Source of the DNA: a bacterium
Lineage (GTDB): Bacteria; Myxococcota; UBA727; JAUIJE01
Direction: 5' to 3'
NCBI GenBank assembly: GCA_030431455.1
Contig: JAUIJE010000002.1
Span: forward strand, 65,294-129,293
Length of the DNA: 64,000 nucleotides
Position numbers and translations under genes: made by a program. Within the stretch, counting starts at the first letter, position 1. Every line of letters begins with the position of its first letter. The notes under the pieces are model-generated. The model worked only from the letters and a program-made list of their open reading frames with translations, had not been told where the DNA came from and searched no databases. Shown here piece after piece: positions 9,469-18,848 of this stretch.

Positions 9469-10743
9469 TCAGCCTTGCACCGACCGGCGCAACACCTCGG
9501 CGAACCGCCACACGTCGTCGAACGTGTTGTACAGCGGCACCGGCGCGATGCGGATGACGTCGGGGGGCCGGTAATCGGTCACCACCCCGTGGTCCTGCAA
9601 CACCGCCCGCAACGCCTTGGCGTCCTTTTTGGCCCGAATCGAAACCTGACAGCCGCGGTCTTTTTCCGCCCGGGGCGAGATGACCTCGAAGTGTTCGGTG
9701 CCGATGTCGTCGACGAGGGACAGCAGGTAGTCGATGAGCGCCACCGACTTTTTCCGCAGCCGGGTCATGCCCCCGGCCTCGGAAAAGATGCGCAGGCTGG
9801 CCAGGGCCGGGGCCATGGCGAACACCGGGGCGTTTGAGATTTGCCAGCCCGCCGCCCCCGGCTGGGGCACGAACACGTCCCCCATCTCGAACCGGGATGC
9901 AGGGTCATTGCCCCACCACCCCGCGAACCGGGGCAGCGACGCGTCCTTGGCGTGCCGTTCGTGCACAAACGCGCCCGCCACCGAGCCGGGCCCGCTGTTG
10001 AGGTACTTGTAGCTGCAGAACGCGGCGAAGTCCGGGCCCCAGTCGTGCAGGGACAGTGGCACGTTGCCCGCGGCGTGGGCGAGGTCGAAGCCGCACTTGG
10101 CCCCCGCGGCGTGGGCGGCTTTGGTGATGCGCAAAAGGTCGAACACCTGACCGGTCCGGAAGTTCACCCCGCCGAACATCACCACCGCGACCTTGTCGCC
10201 TTCGGCCTCGAGGTAGGCCTCGATGTCCTCGGTGCGCAGGAGGTCTTCGCCCTCCCGGGGGGCGAGCTCGACCACCGCGTCTTCGGGATCAAAGCCGTGG
10301 ACCTGGGCCTGGCTTTGCACCGCGTATTGGTCCGAGGGGAACGCGCCCTTCTCGACGACGATGCGGTACCGCTCCCTGGTCGGCCGGTAGAAGCTGACCA
10401 TCAACAGGTGCACGTTGGTGGTCAGGCTCTGCATCATCACCACTTCACCCGGCTTGGCCCCGACGACCTCGGCCGCGAGCTCGGTGAAATTCTCGTGGTA
10501 GCTGTACCAGGGCCGCGGGCCCTCGAAGTGACCGTCCACCGCGAGCTCGGCCCACACATCAAGCTCCTCGTTGAGGAGCGTACGCGCCGCTTTGGGCATC
10601 AAGCCCAGGCTGTTGCCGGTGAAGTACACAATGTCACTGCCATCTTTGTGCTTGGGAATGCAGAACCGCTCGCGGAAAGGCGCGAGCTCGTCTTGGCCAT
10701 CCAAGGTGTGGGCGTGTTCGCGGGAGAGGCGGCCTTGGCTCAT
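9469..10743 (-). CDS. kynU: kynureninase
   Basis: ORF 9469..10980; start at ATG 10743 (MSQGRLSREHAHTLDGQDELAPFRERFCIP...). PLP aminotransferase class V pattern with the conserved kynureninase lysine motif (SYKYLNSGPG). The start overlaps the kynB stop (ATGA). Confidence 0.9.
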   Translation of the reverse strand: MSQGRLSREHAHTLDGQDELAPFRERFCIPKHKDGSDIVYFTGNSLGLMPKAARTLLNEELDVWAELAVDGHFEGPRPWYSYHENFTELAAEVVGAKPGEVVMMQSLTTNVHLLMVSFYRPTRERYRIVVEKGAFPSDQYAVQSQAQVHGFDPEDAVVELAPREGEDLLRTEDIEAYLEAEGDKVAVVMFGGVNFRTGQVFDLLRITKAAHAAGAKCGFDLAHAAGNVPLSLHDWGPDFAAFCSYKYLNSGPGSVAGAFVHERHAKDASLPRFAGWWGNDPASRFEMGDVFVPQPGAAGWQISNAPVFAMAPALASLRIFSEAGGMTRLRKKSVALIDYLLSLVDDIGTEHFEVISPRAEKDRGCQVSIRAKKDAKALRAVLQDHGVVTDYRPPDVIRIAPVPLYNTFDDVWRFAEVLRRSVQG

Positions 10744-11537
10744 GACGTTCCTTCGGGGCGCACCGCGAACAGGAGCGGGCGGCTGGGGGCAGATTCGAAC
10801 ACGAAGGGCGGCACCTGCAGGTCGAGCAGGTAACGCCCGTCGTGGACCGCGTCCTCGATGCGGGCCATTTCGGTGATGGTGCGGCGGGCCTCGCCGGCGA
10901 AAAACGCCTTGTGCGCGGGGGTGCCGCCCCCGTCGTCCTCGCGGTCGATGGAGGGCAGGTCCGTGACCAGGTGGCGGCACCCGAGCTCACGCAAAAAATC
11001 GATCGCGGCGGGGGTGAAGTAGGGCGGGTTGGTGCCGGTGAAGGACGGGGCCGCGGCGGCTTGGCCCACCGCCCGCACCACGATGGCGGTGTGGTGCACG
11101 CTCTTTTGCTGCAACAGCGGCGAGGCTTCGAGGGCGGCGCGCACGATGACGCGATCGGTGTCCGCGACCTTGCCCGCGGCTTCGTCGACGGTCCCGGCCC
11201 GGGGCGCGGGGTGCACGGTGACCACGGTGGCGGGGAGCAATCCCTCGTCGAGGGTGGCGTGCACGTCCCCGCCCCCCGGGGTGATGTGGCCGCGGCACTC
11301 GGTGTGGGTGCCGGCCCCGTGGGTACACAGTGACATGGTGTAGCAGTTGACCGAGCCGCCGCGGGCCACGTCCCCCACGAACGAGCCCGCCACCACCGGG
11401 GCGGCGGTGGGCCGGGGCAGACCAAACGCCTCGGGGTTGTGCCCCGCGGGGTCGAAGCGAAGCGGCCAGCTGAGGGGGGCGGGGGCCGCGAGGTCGACGG
11501 TACACGGGGCGTCGTCGAGGACGAGCCGGGCCTTCAT
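10740..11537 (-). CDS. kynB: kynurenine formamidase (cyclase family)
   Basis: C-terminal 265 aa of ORF 10740..12020, from ATG 11537 (MKARLVLDD...). Cyclase-family metal motif THGAGTHTECRGH. The start overlaps the ACMSD stop (ATGA). Confidence 0.75.
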   Translation of the reverse strand: MKARLVLDDAPCTVDLAAPAPLSWPLRFDPAGHNPEAFGLPRPTAAPVVAGSFVGDVARGGSVNCYTMSLCTHGAGTHTECRGHITPGGGDVHATLDEGLLPATVVTVHPAPRAGTVDEAAGKVADTDRVIVRAALEASPLLQQKSVHHTAIVVRAVGQAAAAPSFTGTNPPYFTPAAIDFLRELGCRHLVTDLPSIDREDDGGGTPAHKAFFAGEARRTITEMARIEDAVHDGRYLLDLQVPPFVFESAPSRPLLFAVRPEGTS

Positions 11538-12589
11538 GAGGCTTCGCCGCGCAACATCGCCGAGTGGGCCTCGCTTTGTGCGGTGATGAAGTCGAGCCGG
11601 CGGCGCCCGAGGAACTCGAGGGCGGTGCCGGACAGGAGCTGCTCTTTGACCGTGGGGGACAGGCCCATGTCCTCGATGAGCTTGCCCGGGTGGTGCTCGC
11701 CGAGGGGGAAAGGATAGTCGCTGCCCAGGGCCACGCGGTTCGGGCCGAAGGTGTCGATCAACATGTGCAGGGCGTTCTCGGTGTGCACCAGGCTGTCGAC
11801 GTAGATGCGTTGCAAAAGCGCGCTCGGGGGGGTGGTGGTCACGGTCTGGCAGAGGTCGGGCCGCACGTTGAAGCCGTGTTCGATCCGGCCCAATGTCGCG
11901 GCATAGGCCCCACCCCCGTGGGCGAAACACATCTTGAGTTGGGGGAACTTCTCGACCACCCCGCCCATCACCACCGAACAGATCGCGAGGGTGGTCTCGG
12001 CGGGCATGCCCACCAGCCAACGCATCCAGTAGTTCTGCATGCGGTCTTCGCCCAGCATCTCCCAGGGGTGCACAAACAGCGCCGCCCCGAGCTTCTCCGC
12101 TTCCTCGTAGAGGGGGAACAGGCGCTGGTCGTCGAGGTTCCAGCCTTGCACGTGGGTGCCGATCTCAATCCCGCAGAGGCCGAGCTCGGTCACGCACCGG
12201 CGCAGCTCCTGGCAGGCGAGCTCGGGGTCTTGCAGGGGCACGGTGCCGAGGCCGAGGTACCGCTTGGGGTATTGCGCGACCACAGACGCGATGTGGTCGT
12301 TGAGGAAGCGCGATAGATCGAGCGTGTCCTTCGGCTTGGCCCAATAAGAGAACATCACCGGAACGGTGGAGAGCACCTGCACGTCGACGTGCTGGTGATT
12401 GCACTCCTCGATGCGCACGTCGGGGTCCCAGAGGTTGTGGTCCACCGCGCGGAAGAAGCGCTCGTCCTGCATCATCCGCGCGGTGCACGCGTCGGTGTGC
12501 TCCAGCCGGATGAAGCCCCCGTAGCCGTACCGCTCTTTGAGGTTCGGCCAGTTCTTGGGGAGGATGTGACAGTGGAGATCGACCTTCAT
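11534..12589 (-). CDS. 2-amino-3-carboxymuconate-6-semialdehyde decarboxylase (amidohydrolase 2 family)
   Basis: ORF 11534..12757; start at ATG 12589 (MKVDLHCHILPKNWPNL...). Metal ligands HxH...H...D in ACMSD spacing; FAHGGGAY motif. Confidence 0.85.
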   Translation of the reverse strand: MKVDLHCHILPKNWPNLKERYGYGGFIRLEHTDACTARMMQDERFFRAVDHNLWDPDVRIEECNHQHVDVQVLSTVPVMFSYWAKPKDTLDLSRFLNDHIASVVAQYPKRYLGLGTVPLQDPELACQELRRCVTELGLCGIEIGTHVQGWNLDDQRLFPLYEEAEKLGAALFVHPWEMLGEDRMQNYWMRWLVGMPAETTLAICSVVMGGVVEKFPQLKMCFAHGGGAYAATLGRIEHGFNVRPDLCQTVTTTPPSALLQRIYVDSLVHTENALHMLIDTFGPNRVALGSDYPFPLGEHHPGKLIEDMGLSPTVKEQLLSGTALEFLGRRRLDFITAQSEAHSAMLRGEAS

Positions 12590-12597
12590 CGGCGTCG

Positions 12598-13116
12598 TCA
12601 CCCCGCCCGGGGGGGCATGGTCCAGCCACATTTGTCGCAGGTGCGGTGGGCCTCGTCGGAATAAAAACGGTCGAACACCGGGGGGAAGTCCTTGGTGATG
12701 TCCTGGAGCTGAAGCGTCTCCTCGTAGAGGGGGTGGGCACACTGTTCGCAGTACCAACGCAACCCGTCGAGCTCGCCTTCGTTGCGGCGTCGCTCGACCA
12801 CCAACCCGACGGTCTGGGCCTTGCGTTGGGGGGAGTGCGGCACGTTGGCGGGGAGCAAGAAGATCTCGCCTTCTTTGATCTCGATGTCGCGCAATGTGCC
12901 TTCATCTTCGACCCGCAGCACCATGTCCCCCTCGACCATGTAGAAGAACTCCTCGGCGGGGTCGATGTGGAAATCCGTGCGGGTGTTGGGCCCCCCCACC
13001 ACCATGATGATGAACTCGGTGTCTTCGTAGACCACCTGATTGCCCACCGGGGGCTTGAGCAGGTGGCGGTGTTCTTCGATCCAGGTCTTGAAGTTGATCG
13101 GGGGGGTGAGCGACAC
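12598..13116 (-). CDS. nbaC: 3-hydroxyanthranilate 3,4-dioxygenase
   Basis: [29 protein letters not shown]...[29 protein letters not shown]...[12 protein letters not shown]...WYCEQC..CDKCG matches the HAAO cupin plus rubredoxin-like Cys site. GTG 13116 is preceded by GAGGAGG at -5 nt, so it is preferred over ATG 13179. Confidence 0.85.
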   Translation of the reverse strand: MSLTPPINFKTWIEEHRHLLKPPVGNQVVYEDTEFIIMVVGGPNTRTDFHIDPAEEFFYMVEGDMVLRVEDEGTLRDIEIKEGEIFLLPANVPHSPQRKAQTVGLVVERRRNEGELDGLRWYCEQCAHPLYEETLQLQDITKDFPPVFDRFYSDEAHRTCDKCGWTMPPRAG

Positions 13117-13241
13117 CGCGTCCTCCTCGCGTGATTCGTGAACGCCCCTTCGCCTACCGCCGATGGTCGACAAATACACGGGGGGCTCGGGTTTTTTGTC
13201 CCCGGTTGGCGCCGTGCTTCTGATCCGGTAGCCCTGACGCC

Positions 13242-14042
13242 ATGCGCAAAATCATCCTCCTGTTCGCCCTCGCCCTGTCCCCGCTGGCTTTGACCGCCTG
13301 CCCCGCCACCTCCGGCGATGGCGACGGAGACGGAGACGGAGATGGCGACGGCGACGGCGACCTCGACGGCGGGACCGGGGACGGAGACGGAGACGGAGAC
13401 GGAGACGGAGACGGGGACGGCGATGGTGACGGAGACGGGGACGGGGATGGCGATGGCGACGGGGACGGAGATGGCGACGGAGATGGCGACGGAGACGGCG
13501 ATGGCGATGGCGATGGTGACGGGGACGGAGATGGCGTGGACGCGGGGTTGCCGTTTGATTTTGACGGGGGCTTCCCCAACCCGTTCGGCGATGGGGGCTT
13601 TTCGTTCGGCGACGGGGGGTTGTTCCCGGCGACCGACGGGGGCCTGGTCGACCTGATGGAGTACCGCGGGGAGATCGAGGACGGCGTGCGCTGCGGCGAG
13701 ACGCTCGATGCCTGCGAGGTCGACGACACCTGCTGCGTGAGCTTGTTGTTTGGCACCACCTGCGTCTCCGACGCGAGCCAGTGCAGCTCCTTTCCGTTTT
13801 CGTGCGACGGGGACGAAGACTGCGCGGGCGGGGAAGAGTGTTGCCTGACCAACAATGTGCAGGCATTCCAATCACAGAGCGAGTGCCGGCCCGCCGGACA
13901 GTGCAACCAGACCGACGACTACCGCGTGTGCGTCGAGCCCGAAGACTGCGAACCGATGGGCCAGACCTGCTGCGGCACCGACAACCTCTTCGGGTTCATG
14001 ATCCCCCTCGACCTCGGCTTCTGCCAAGACAGCTGCGGCTGA
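13242..14042 (+). CDS. lipoprotein with long (GD)n linker and C-terminal Cys-rich (about 20 Cys) domain
   Basis: [21 protein letters not shown] lipobox, about 50 GD dipeptides, then [15 protein letters not shown]...[14 protein letters not shown]...CQDSCG. Divergent from the kyn operon. Confidence 0.6.
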   Translation: MRKIILLFALALSPLALTACPATSGDGDGDGDGDGDGDGDLDGGTGDGDGDGDGDGDGDGDGDGDGDGDGDGDGDGDGDGDGDGDGDGDGDGDGDGDGVDAGLPFDFDGGFPNPFGDGGFSFGDGGLFPATDGGLVDLMEYRGEIEDGVRCGETLDACEVDDTCCVSLLFGTTCVSDASQCSSFPFSCDGDEDCAGGEECCLTNNVQAFQSQSECRPAGQCNQTDDYRVCVEPEDCEPMGQTCCGTDNLFGFMIPLDLGFCQDSCG

Positions 14043-14091
14043 CGGGGCCGAGGTCGTTCCGAGGCGGTCGCGGCCGATTTCGCGACGTGAC

Positions 14092-15942
14092 CTACAGCCG
14101 CTCGAGGATGTCGAGGGCGAGGCGCACCTTGCCGAAGGGGGGCATGATGTACGCGCCCTGGACCCGGCTTTTCACCGCCGCGAGCATCTCCGCGGCGATG
14201 CGCACGCCTTCTTGGGCCGCGTCGTCGGCTTTGCGCAGCCGGTCCAAGATGTCGTCGGGCACGCGCATGCCGGGCACGTTGTTGCTCAAGAACTCCGCGT
14301 TGCGCACGCTGGCCAACGGCAGGATGCCCACCAGCACCGGGACGTGAACGTCCTGGATGGCGCCCAGGAACGTCTCCAATGTGTCTGGATCATACACCGG
14401 TTGGGTCATCACCAGCTCGGCCCCGGCCTCGACCTTGTCCCGCACCCGTTCGATCTCGCGGGCAAAGTCGAGCGCGGCCGGCTCCGCCCCGGTGGCGAGC
14501 ACAAACTGGGTGGTGCCTTTGACCGCCTTGCCCGCAGGATCGATGCCCGCGTTGAGCCCGGACGCCATCTGCAGCATGCCCACCGAGTCGAGGTCAAACA
14601 CCGCGGTGGCGTCCGGGTAGTCGCCCACCTTGGGCGGGTCCCCGGTGATGACCACGAGGTTGTGGATCCCCAATGCATGTGCACCGAGCAGGTCCGATTG
14701 CAGCCCGAGCAGGTTGCGGTCTCGGGCGCAAAAGTGCACCAACGGCTCCATGCCCGTCTCGTCGAGCACGCGCTTGGCCATGGCGATGTTGCTCATGCGC
14801 ACGGTGGCGCGCGGCCCGTCGGGGATGTTGACCACGTCGACGCCCGAGCCCTCGAGCGACCGAATTTTCTCCAGGGTCTTTGTCGGGTCCAGCCCCAAGG
14901 GGGGGCTGACCTCGACGCTGATGGCGAACTCCCCGCGGGCGATTTTTTGGCCCCACCGCGACCGCTCCGCGAGCGGCACCCCCGGCTCCTTCACCGTCGC
15001 CACCGGGGCCCGGGAGCGTTGGCTCTGCGTGCCCCCGCCCATCATGCGCGCGGCCGCCACCACCCGGCGCATGTGCTCGGGGGTGGTGCCACAGCAGCCC
15101 CCCACCGCGCGGATGCCGCGCTTGAACGCGCGCCGGGCCACCACCCCGAACGTCTCCGGCGAGGCTTGGTAGATCGCGCGGCCGTCGACGGTGCGGGGGT
15201 AGCCGGCGTTGGGCTGCATGATCAGCAACGTCTCACCGTCGACCATGGGGTCCATGATGTCGAGCAGGCGCTCGGGCCCGAGCACACAGTTGGCCCCGAT
15301 GACGTCGACCCCGAGGGACAGGAGCCGGCTCTTGACCTCCTCGGGCCCGGCCCCGTCGAGGGTGAGGCCCTCGTCGTCAAAGCTCACCTGCGCCACCAGC
15401 GGCACCCGCACGTCGTAGGACGCCTCGATGGCGATCTCGAGCTCGCCCAAATACCCAAACGTCTCGAACAGCAAGAGGTCGGCCCCCGACGAGGCCAACG
15501 TGGTCGTCACCACCCGAAACGCATCGAACGCGTCGCGCCGGGTGCGGTTGCGCAGCAGGTCCTTGGGCAAAAGCCCGGTGGGGCCCACCGAGCCCGCGAC
15601 GTACACCCGGCCGGCGGAGGCTTGCTGGGCGACATCCACCGCGGCCCGGCAGATGGCTTCGCTCTTCTCTTCGAGCCCGTGCTGGGCCAATGCCAATGGG
15701 TTGGCCCCGTAGCTGTTGGTCTGGATGACCTGGACGCCCACGTCGATGTAGTCGCGGTGGACGTCGCGCACCAGCTCGGGCCGGGACAGGCACAGCTCGT
15801 CAAAGCTGCGGCTGAGGTAGATGCCGCGGTCGTACAACATCGTACCCGTGGCCCCGTCGAACACCATGGGGGCGGCCTTGAGCGCGTCGAGGAACAGCGG
15901 ACGTGGGTCCATGCCCCACATCATAGCGTCCCCGTCGGCCAC
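14092..15942 (-). CDS. bifunctional homocysteine S-methyltransferase / 5,10-methylenetetrahydrofolate reductase
   Basis: N-terminal Hcy-binding domain (GATGTMLY...GCCGTTPEHM) fused to a MetF-like domain (PPLGLDP...FCARDRNLLGLQSDLLGAHALGIHNLVVITGDPP). The start is ambiguous among Met 1, 7, 8 and 11. Confidence 0.85.
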   Translation of the reverse strand: MADGDAMMWGMDPRPLFLDALKAAPMVFDGATGTMLYDRGIYLSRSFDELCLSRPELVRDVHRDYIDVGVQVIQTNSYGANPLALAQHGLEEKSEAICRAAVDVAQQASAGRVYVAGSVGPTGLLPKDLLRNRTRRDAFDAFRVVTTTLASSGADLLLFETFGYLGELEIAIEASYDVRVPLVAQVSFDDEGLTLDGAGPEEVKSRLLSLGVDVIGANCVLGPERLLDIMDPMVDGETLLIMQPNAGYPRTVDGRAIYQASPETFGVVARRAFKRGIRAVGGCCGTTPEHMRRVVAAARMMGGGTQSQRSRAPVATVKEPGVPLAERSRWGQKIARGEFAISVEVSPPLGLDPTKTLEKIRSLEGSGVDVVNIPDGPRATVRMSNIAMAKRVLDETGMEPLVHFCARDRNLLGLQSDLLGAHALGIHNLVVITGDPPKVGDYPDATAVFDLDSVGMLQMASGLNAGIDPAGKAVKGTTQFVLATGAEPAALDFAREIERVRDKVEAGAELVMTQPVYDPDTLETFLGAIQDVHVPVLVGILPLASVRNAEFLSNNVPGMRVPDDILDRLRKADDAAQEGVRIAAEMLAAVKSRVQGAYIMPPFGKVRLALDILERL

Positions 15943-16050
15943 GAAAAGAAAACAGCGCCTTGTCCCCTCGACGTGGCCCCGGACACAGCTTGATCCCGCC
16001 GCGGAACATTTCTCGACGAGCTTCCGTTTCTACCCGGAACCGGGGGTGCC

Positions 16051-18840
16051 ATGCCGCGCGAACACTCGACCTCTCTGCCTCTTCCGCACGAGCCCATCAC
16101 CAAGGCCCGGGTGCTGCAGGTGCTCGACCACGCGCCGCTGTCGGCCGACGAGGTCGCCCAGGTGTGCACCACCGCGGCGGCGTCGACCGCGTTTTGGACC
16201 CCCACCCCCCGGTCGCTGCTGCGGTTTTTGAAAGCCCACTTCCTCGCCGCGGGCATCGTCGCCCTCACCGTGGGCGCGATCTTTTTTGTCGCCGCCAACT
16301 GGACCGCGCTGTCGGGCGCGACCCGCATCGGCCTCGTCGGGCTGAGCATTTTTGCCCTGTCCCTGACCAGCCTGCGGCTGACCCTCACCACCGCCTCGGG
16401 CCGCGCGTGCCTGGCCCTCGCGGGCTTGCTCATCGGCCCGTTGCTCGCGGTGTATGGGCAGGTGTACCAGACCGGGGCTGACGCCTACGACCTGTTCGTG
16501 GCTTGGGCGCTGTTGCTCACCCCGTTTTCGTTGCTGGTGCGCTGGCCCGCGCTCTACGTCGTGCAGGTGGTGCTGGTCGAGCTCGCGGTGACGCTGTTCG
16601 CGTCGCAACGACTGGGGCTCGACTTCGGCGAGGACTGGCCGGTCAACTACGTGCTCGTCGGGCTCAACCTCGTGTTCCTCGTCGGGGTCGAGTGGCGGGC
16701 CCGTCGACAAGAACGCGCGGCGCGCACCATGCCGCGCGCGTTTGCGTTGGTGACGTACCTGTTTGCCGCCGCCCCCGCGTTGGTGTTGGTCAGCGACCAT
16801 TCGTGGCACCACGCGGTCCAGCGCGCCGGGTTCGGCATGCACATGCTCGCCCTGGTGCTCTCCACCATTGCGATGTTCGCGTTCTATGTGCGGCGGCCGC
16901 GCGACATCTTTCCGCTCTCGCTCAGCCTCGGGGGGGTGGTGTGGTTCGTGGCCGCGCTGCTGGAGAGCGCGCGGGTGTTCTCGGGGCGCTCGGCCAACCA
17001 GGTGTTGGTGGGGGCGTTTATTCTCGTCAGCAGCTTGGTGGGGGTGCTGTTCTTGCGGCGCCTGTACGAACGCGAAGACGACGACCCCGCCGACGACGAG
17101 GACCGCTTCAGCCTGCAGCGGCTGTTGTCCCGCCGCCCCGAGCGCCTGACCGTGGCGGGCTTTTTTGACCGGGCCGGCATCGACCTCGAGACGCGCGGGG
17201 TGCTGTCCGCGTTGCGGGTGCCGCCGGAGTTTCCCCTCTCGGTGCGCGTGGTCATGGCCCTCGGCATCTGGGTGGGCGCGGCCTTTTTTGTGGCCTTGCT
17301 GAAGTGGACCGGGGTGCTCGATTGGGCCAAGCCGCTGCAGCTTTTGCTCGCGGGTCTTTGTTTCGCCGCCGCCGCGGTGGTCTCGCGCACCCGCTGGCAC
17401 GACGTGCGCGTGCACCTCACGGTGGTGTCGGTGGTGTTCGGCGAGGTGCTGCTCGGTTCGGTGTTCGAACGGGTCGATCACTTCGCGTTTTTGTTCGCGG
17501 GCATCCAGCTGTTGATCATCGCGGTGGTGCGCAACCCGTTGACGCGGTTTTTTGCGTCGCTGTCGATGTTGTTCGCGCTGTGCATCGGGGTGCTCGACAC
17601 CTTTGGCAAAGAGCCGCACCTGCTCGGCGCGCTCACCGCCGGCATCGCGCTGGTGGGCATCGCCGCGTTCGGCGCGCGCGACCGCCTGCTGCGCTGGCCG
17701 GTGACCCGGCGGGTGTTCCGCCCGGTGGCGTTTGCGTTTGTGGGCTTCGGCCTCGCCCTCGCCTTCGGCCTGCAGCGGGTGGCCGGGGCCGAGGGCAGCG
17801 AAGCCTGGGCCTGGATTTGGCTGCCCTTGGTCGCGGCCACCGTCTGGGTCGCGGCCAAAGCCCACCACCTCCGCGCCCGGGGCGAGCCCTACCCCGAAAG
17901 CAAGTTCCTCGGCTGGCTCGCGGGGGTGATCCTGCTCGGCCTCGTCGTCGCCGCGGTGACCCAGCCGCTGGTCGGGCTCGGCATCGCGGTGATGGCCCTC
18001 GGCCACCTCGTGCGCGAGCGGTTGGTGTACTTCCTGGGCGCGGCCACCGCCGCGGCCGAGCTGTTCACCTGGTACTACGAGCTGTCCGCCACCTTGCTGA
18101 TCAAGTCCGCGCTCCTGGTCGCTCTCGGCGCGGTGCTGTTGCTCTGCCGCTATGCCCTGCAGCGGGCGTTCGACACCGACGACGAGCGCGTGGCCCGGGA
18201 CCCGGCCCCGATGTCCTACGGCCAGGCCGCCCAGGGCTCGGCGGTGGTGCCCGCGGTGGTGGCCCCCGCCCGCCGGCACCGCGGCTGGTTTGCCGGGCCC
18301 CGCCCGGTGGCGGCGGTGTCGCTGTCGACTGCATTGGCATTGTTCGTGCCGCTGGGCCTGAGCGTACACAAGGAGCTCATCGTGCGCTCCGGCGACGTGG
18401 TGCGCTTCGAGCTGCGCCCCACCGATCCGCGCTCTTTGATGCAAGGCGACTACATGACCCTGCGCTACAGCCTCGACGCGTCGGCCAGCGCCTTGGTCTC
18501 CGACGCGGACAGCGTCGGCTGCGACCTTCCGCGGTTGCCCCTCGACGTCGACCCCGTGACCCGGGTGGCGCGGGTGCCGGGGCTGACCCCGTTCACCTGT
18601 GACCTGCGCCCCGACCACGCCGCCGACCGCGTGTCGATCAAGTACCATTGGACCAACCACCACCGGGCGGTCACGTTCGCCCCCCACAGCTATTTCTTCG
18701 CCGAGGGCCAAGGCGCGACCTACGCCCGGGCCCGCTACGCGGAGTTCAAGGTCAGCGACGCCGGGACCATGGTGCTCACCGGCCTGCTCGACGAACACCG
18801 CGTGCGCCTCGTCGACCAGGACTGGCCCACCAAAGACTGA
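16051..18840 (+). CDS. polytopic membrane protein, DUF2157/DUF4401-like with C-terminal GDYXXLXY domain
   Basis: More than 20 predicted TM helices, followed by a soluble C-terminus containing MQGDYMTLRY (GDYxxLxY signature). The 1286-aa antisense ORF 16030..19890 is an artifact. Confidence 0.7.
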   Translation: MPREHSTSLPLPHEPITKARVLQVLDHAPLSADEVAQVCTTAAASTAFWTPTPRSLLRFLKAHFLAAGIVALTVGAIFFVAANWTALSGATRIGLVGLSIFALSLTSLRLTLTTASGRACLALAGLLIGPLLAVYGQVYQTGADAYDLFVAWALLLTPFSLLVRWPALYVVQVVLVELAVTLFASQRLGLDFGEDWPVNYVLVGLNLVFLVGVEWRARRQERAARTMPRAFALVTYLFAAAPALVLVSDHSWHHAVQRAGFGMHMLALVLSTIAMFAFYVRRPRDIFPLSLSLGGVVWFVAALLESARVFSGRSANQVLVGAFILVSSLVGVLFLRRLYEREDDDPADDEDRFSLQRLLSRRPERLTVAGFFDRAGIDLETRGVLSALRVPPEFPLSVRVVMALGIWVGAAFFVALLKWTGVLDWAKPLQLLLAGLCFAAAAVVSRTRWHDVRVHLTVVSVVFGEVLLGSVFERVDHFAFLFAGIQLLIIAVVRNPLTRFFASLSMLFALCIGVLDTFGKEPHLLGALTAGIALVGIAAFGARDRLLRWPVTRRVFRPVAFAFVGFGLALAFGLQRVAGAEGSEAWAWIWLPLVAATVWVAAKAHHLRARGEPYPESKFLGWLAGVILLGLVVAAVTQPLVGLGIAVMALGHLVRERLVYFLGAATAAAELFTWYYELSATLLIKSALLVALGAVLLLCRYALQRAFDTDDERVARDPAPMSYGQAAQGSAVVPAVVAPARRHRGWFAGPRPVAAVSLSTALALFVPLGLSVHKELIVRSGDVVRFELRPTDPRSLMQGDYMTLRYSLDASASALVSDADSVGCDLPRLPLDVDPVTRVARVPGLTPFTCDLRPDHAADRVSIKYHWTNHHRAVTFAPHSYFFAEGQGATYARARYAEFKVSDAGTMVLTGLLDEHRVRLVDQDWPTKD

Positions 18841-18848
18841 GCGTGTCG

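Noticed and set aside
10634-11425. 263-aa minus ORF and the 5' 160 codons of ORF 10740..12020
   Set aside because: They overlap kynB and ACMSD in other frames or upstream. Only the C-terminal 265 codons from ATG 11537 show the cyclase-family kynB signature, and the ACMSD stop overlaps that ATG.
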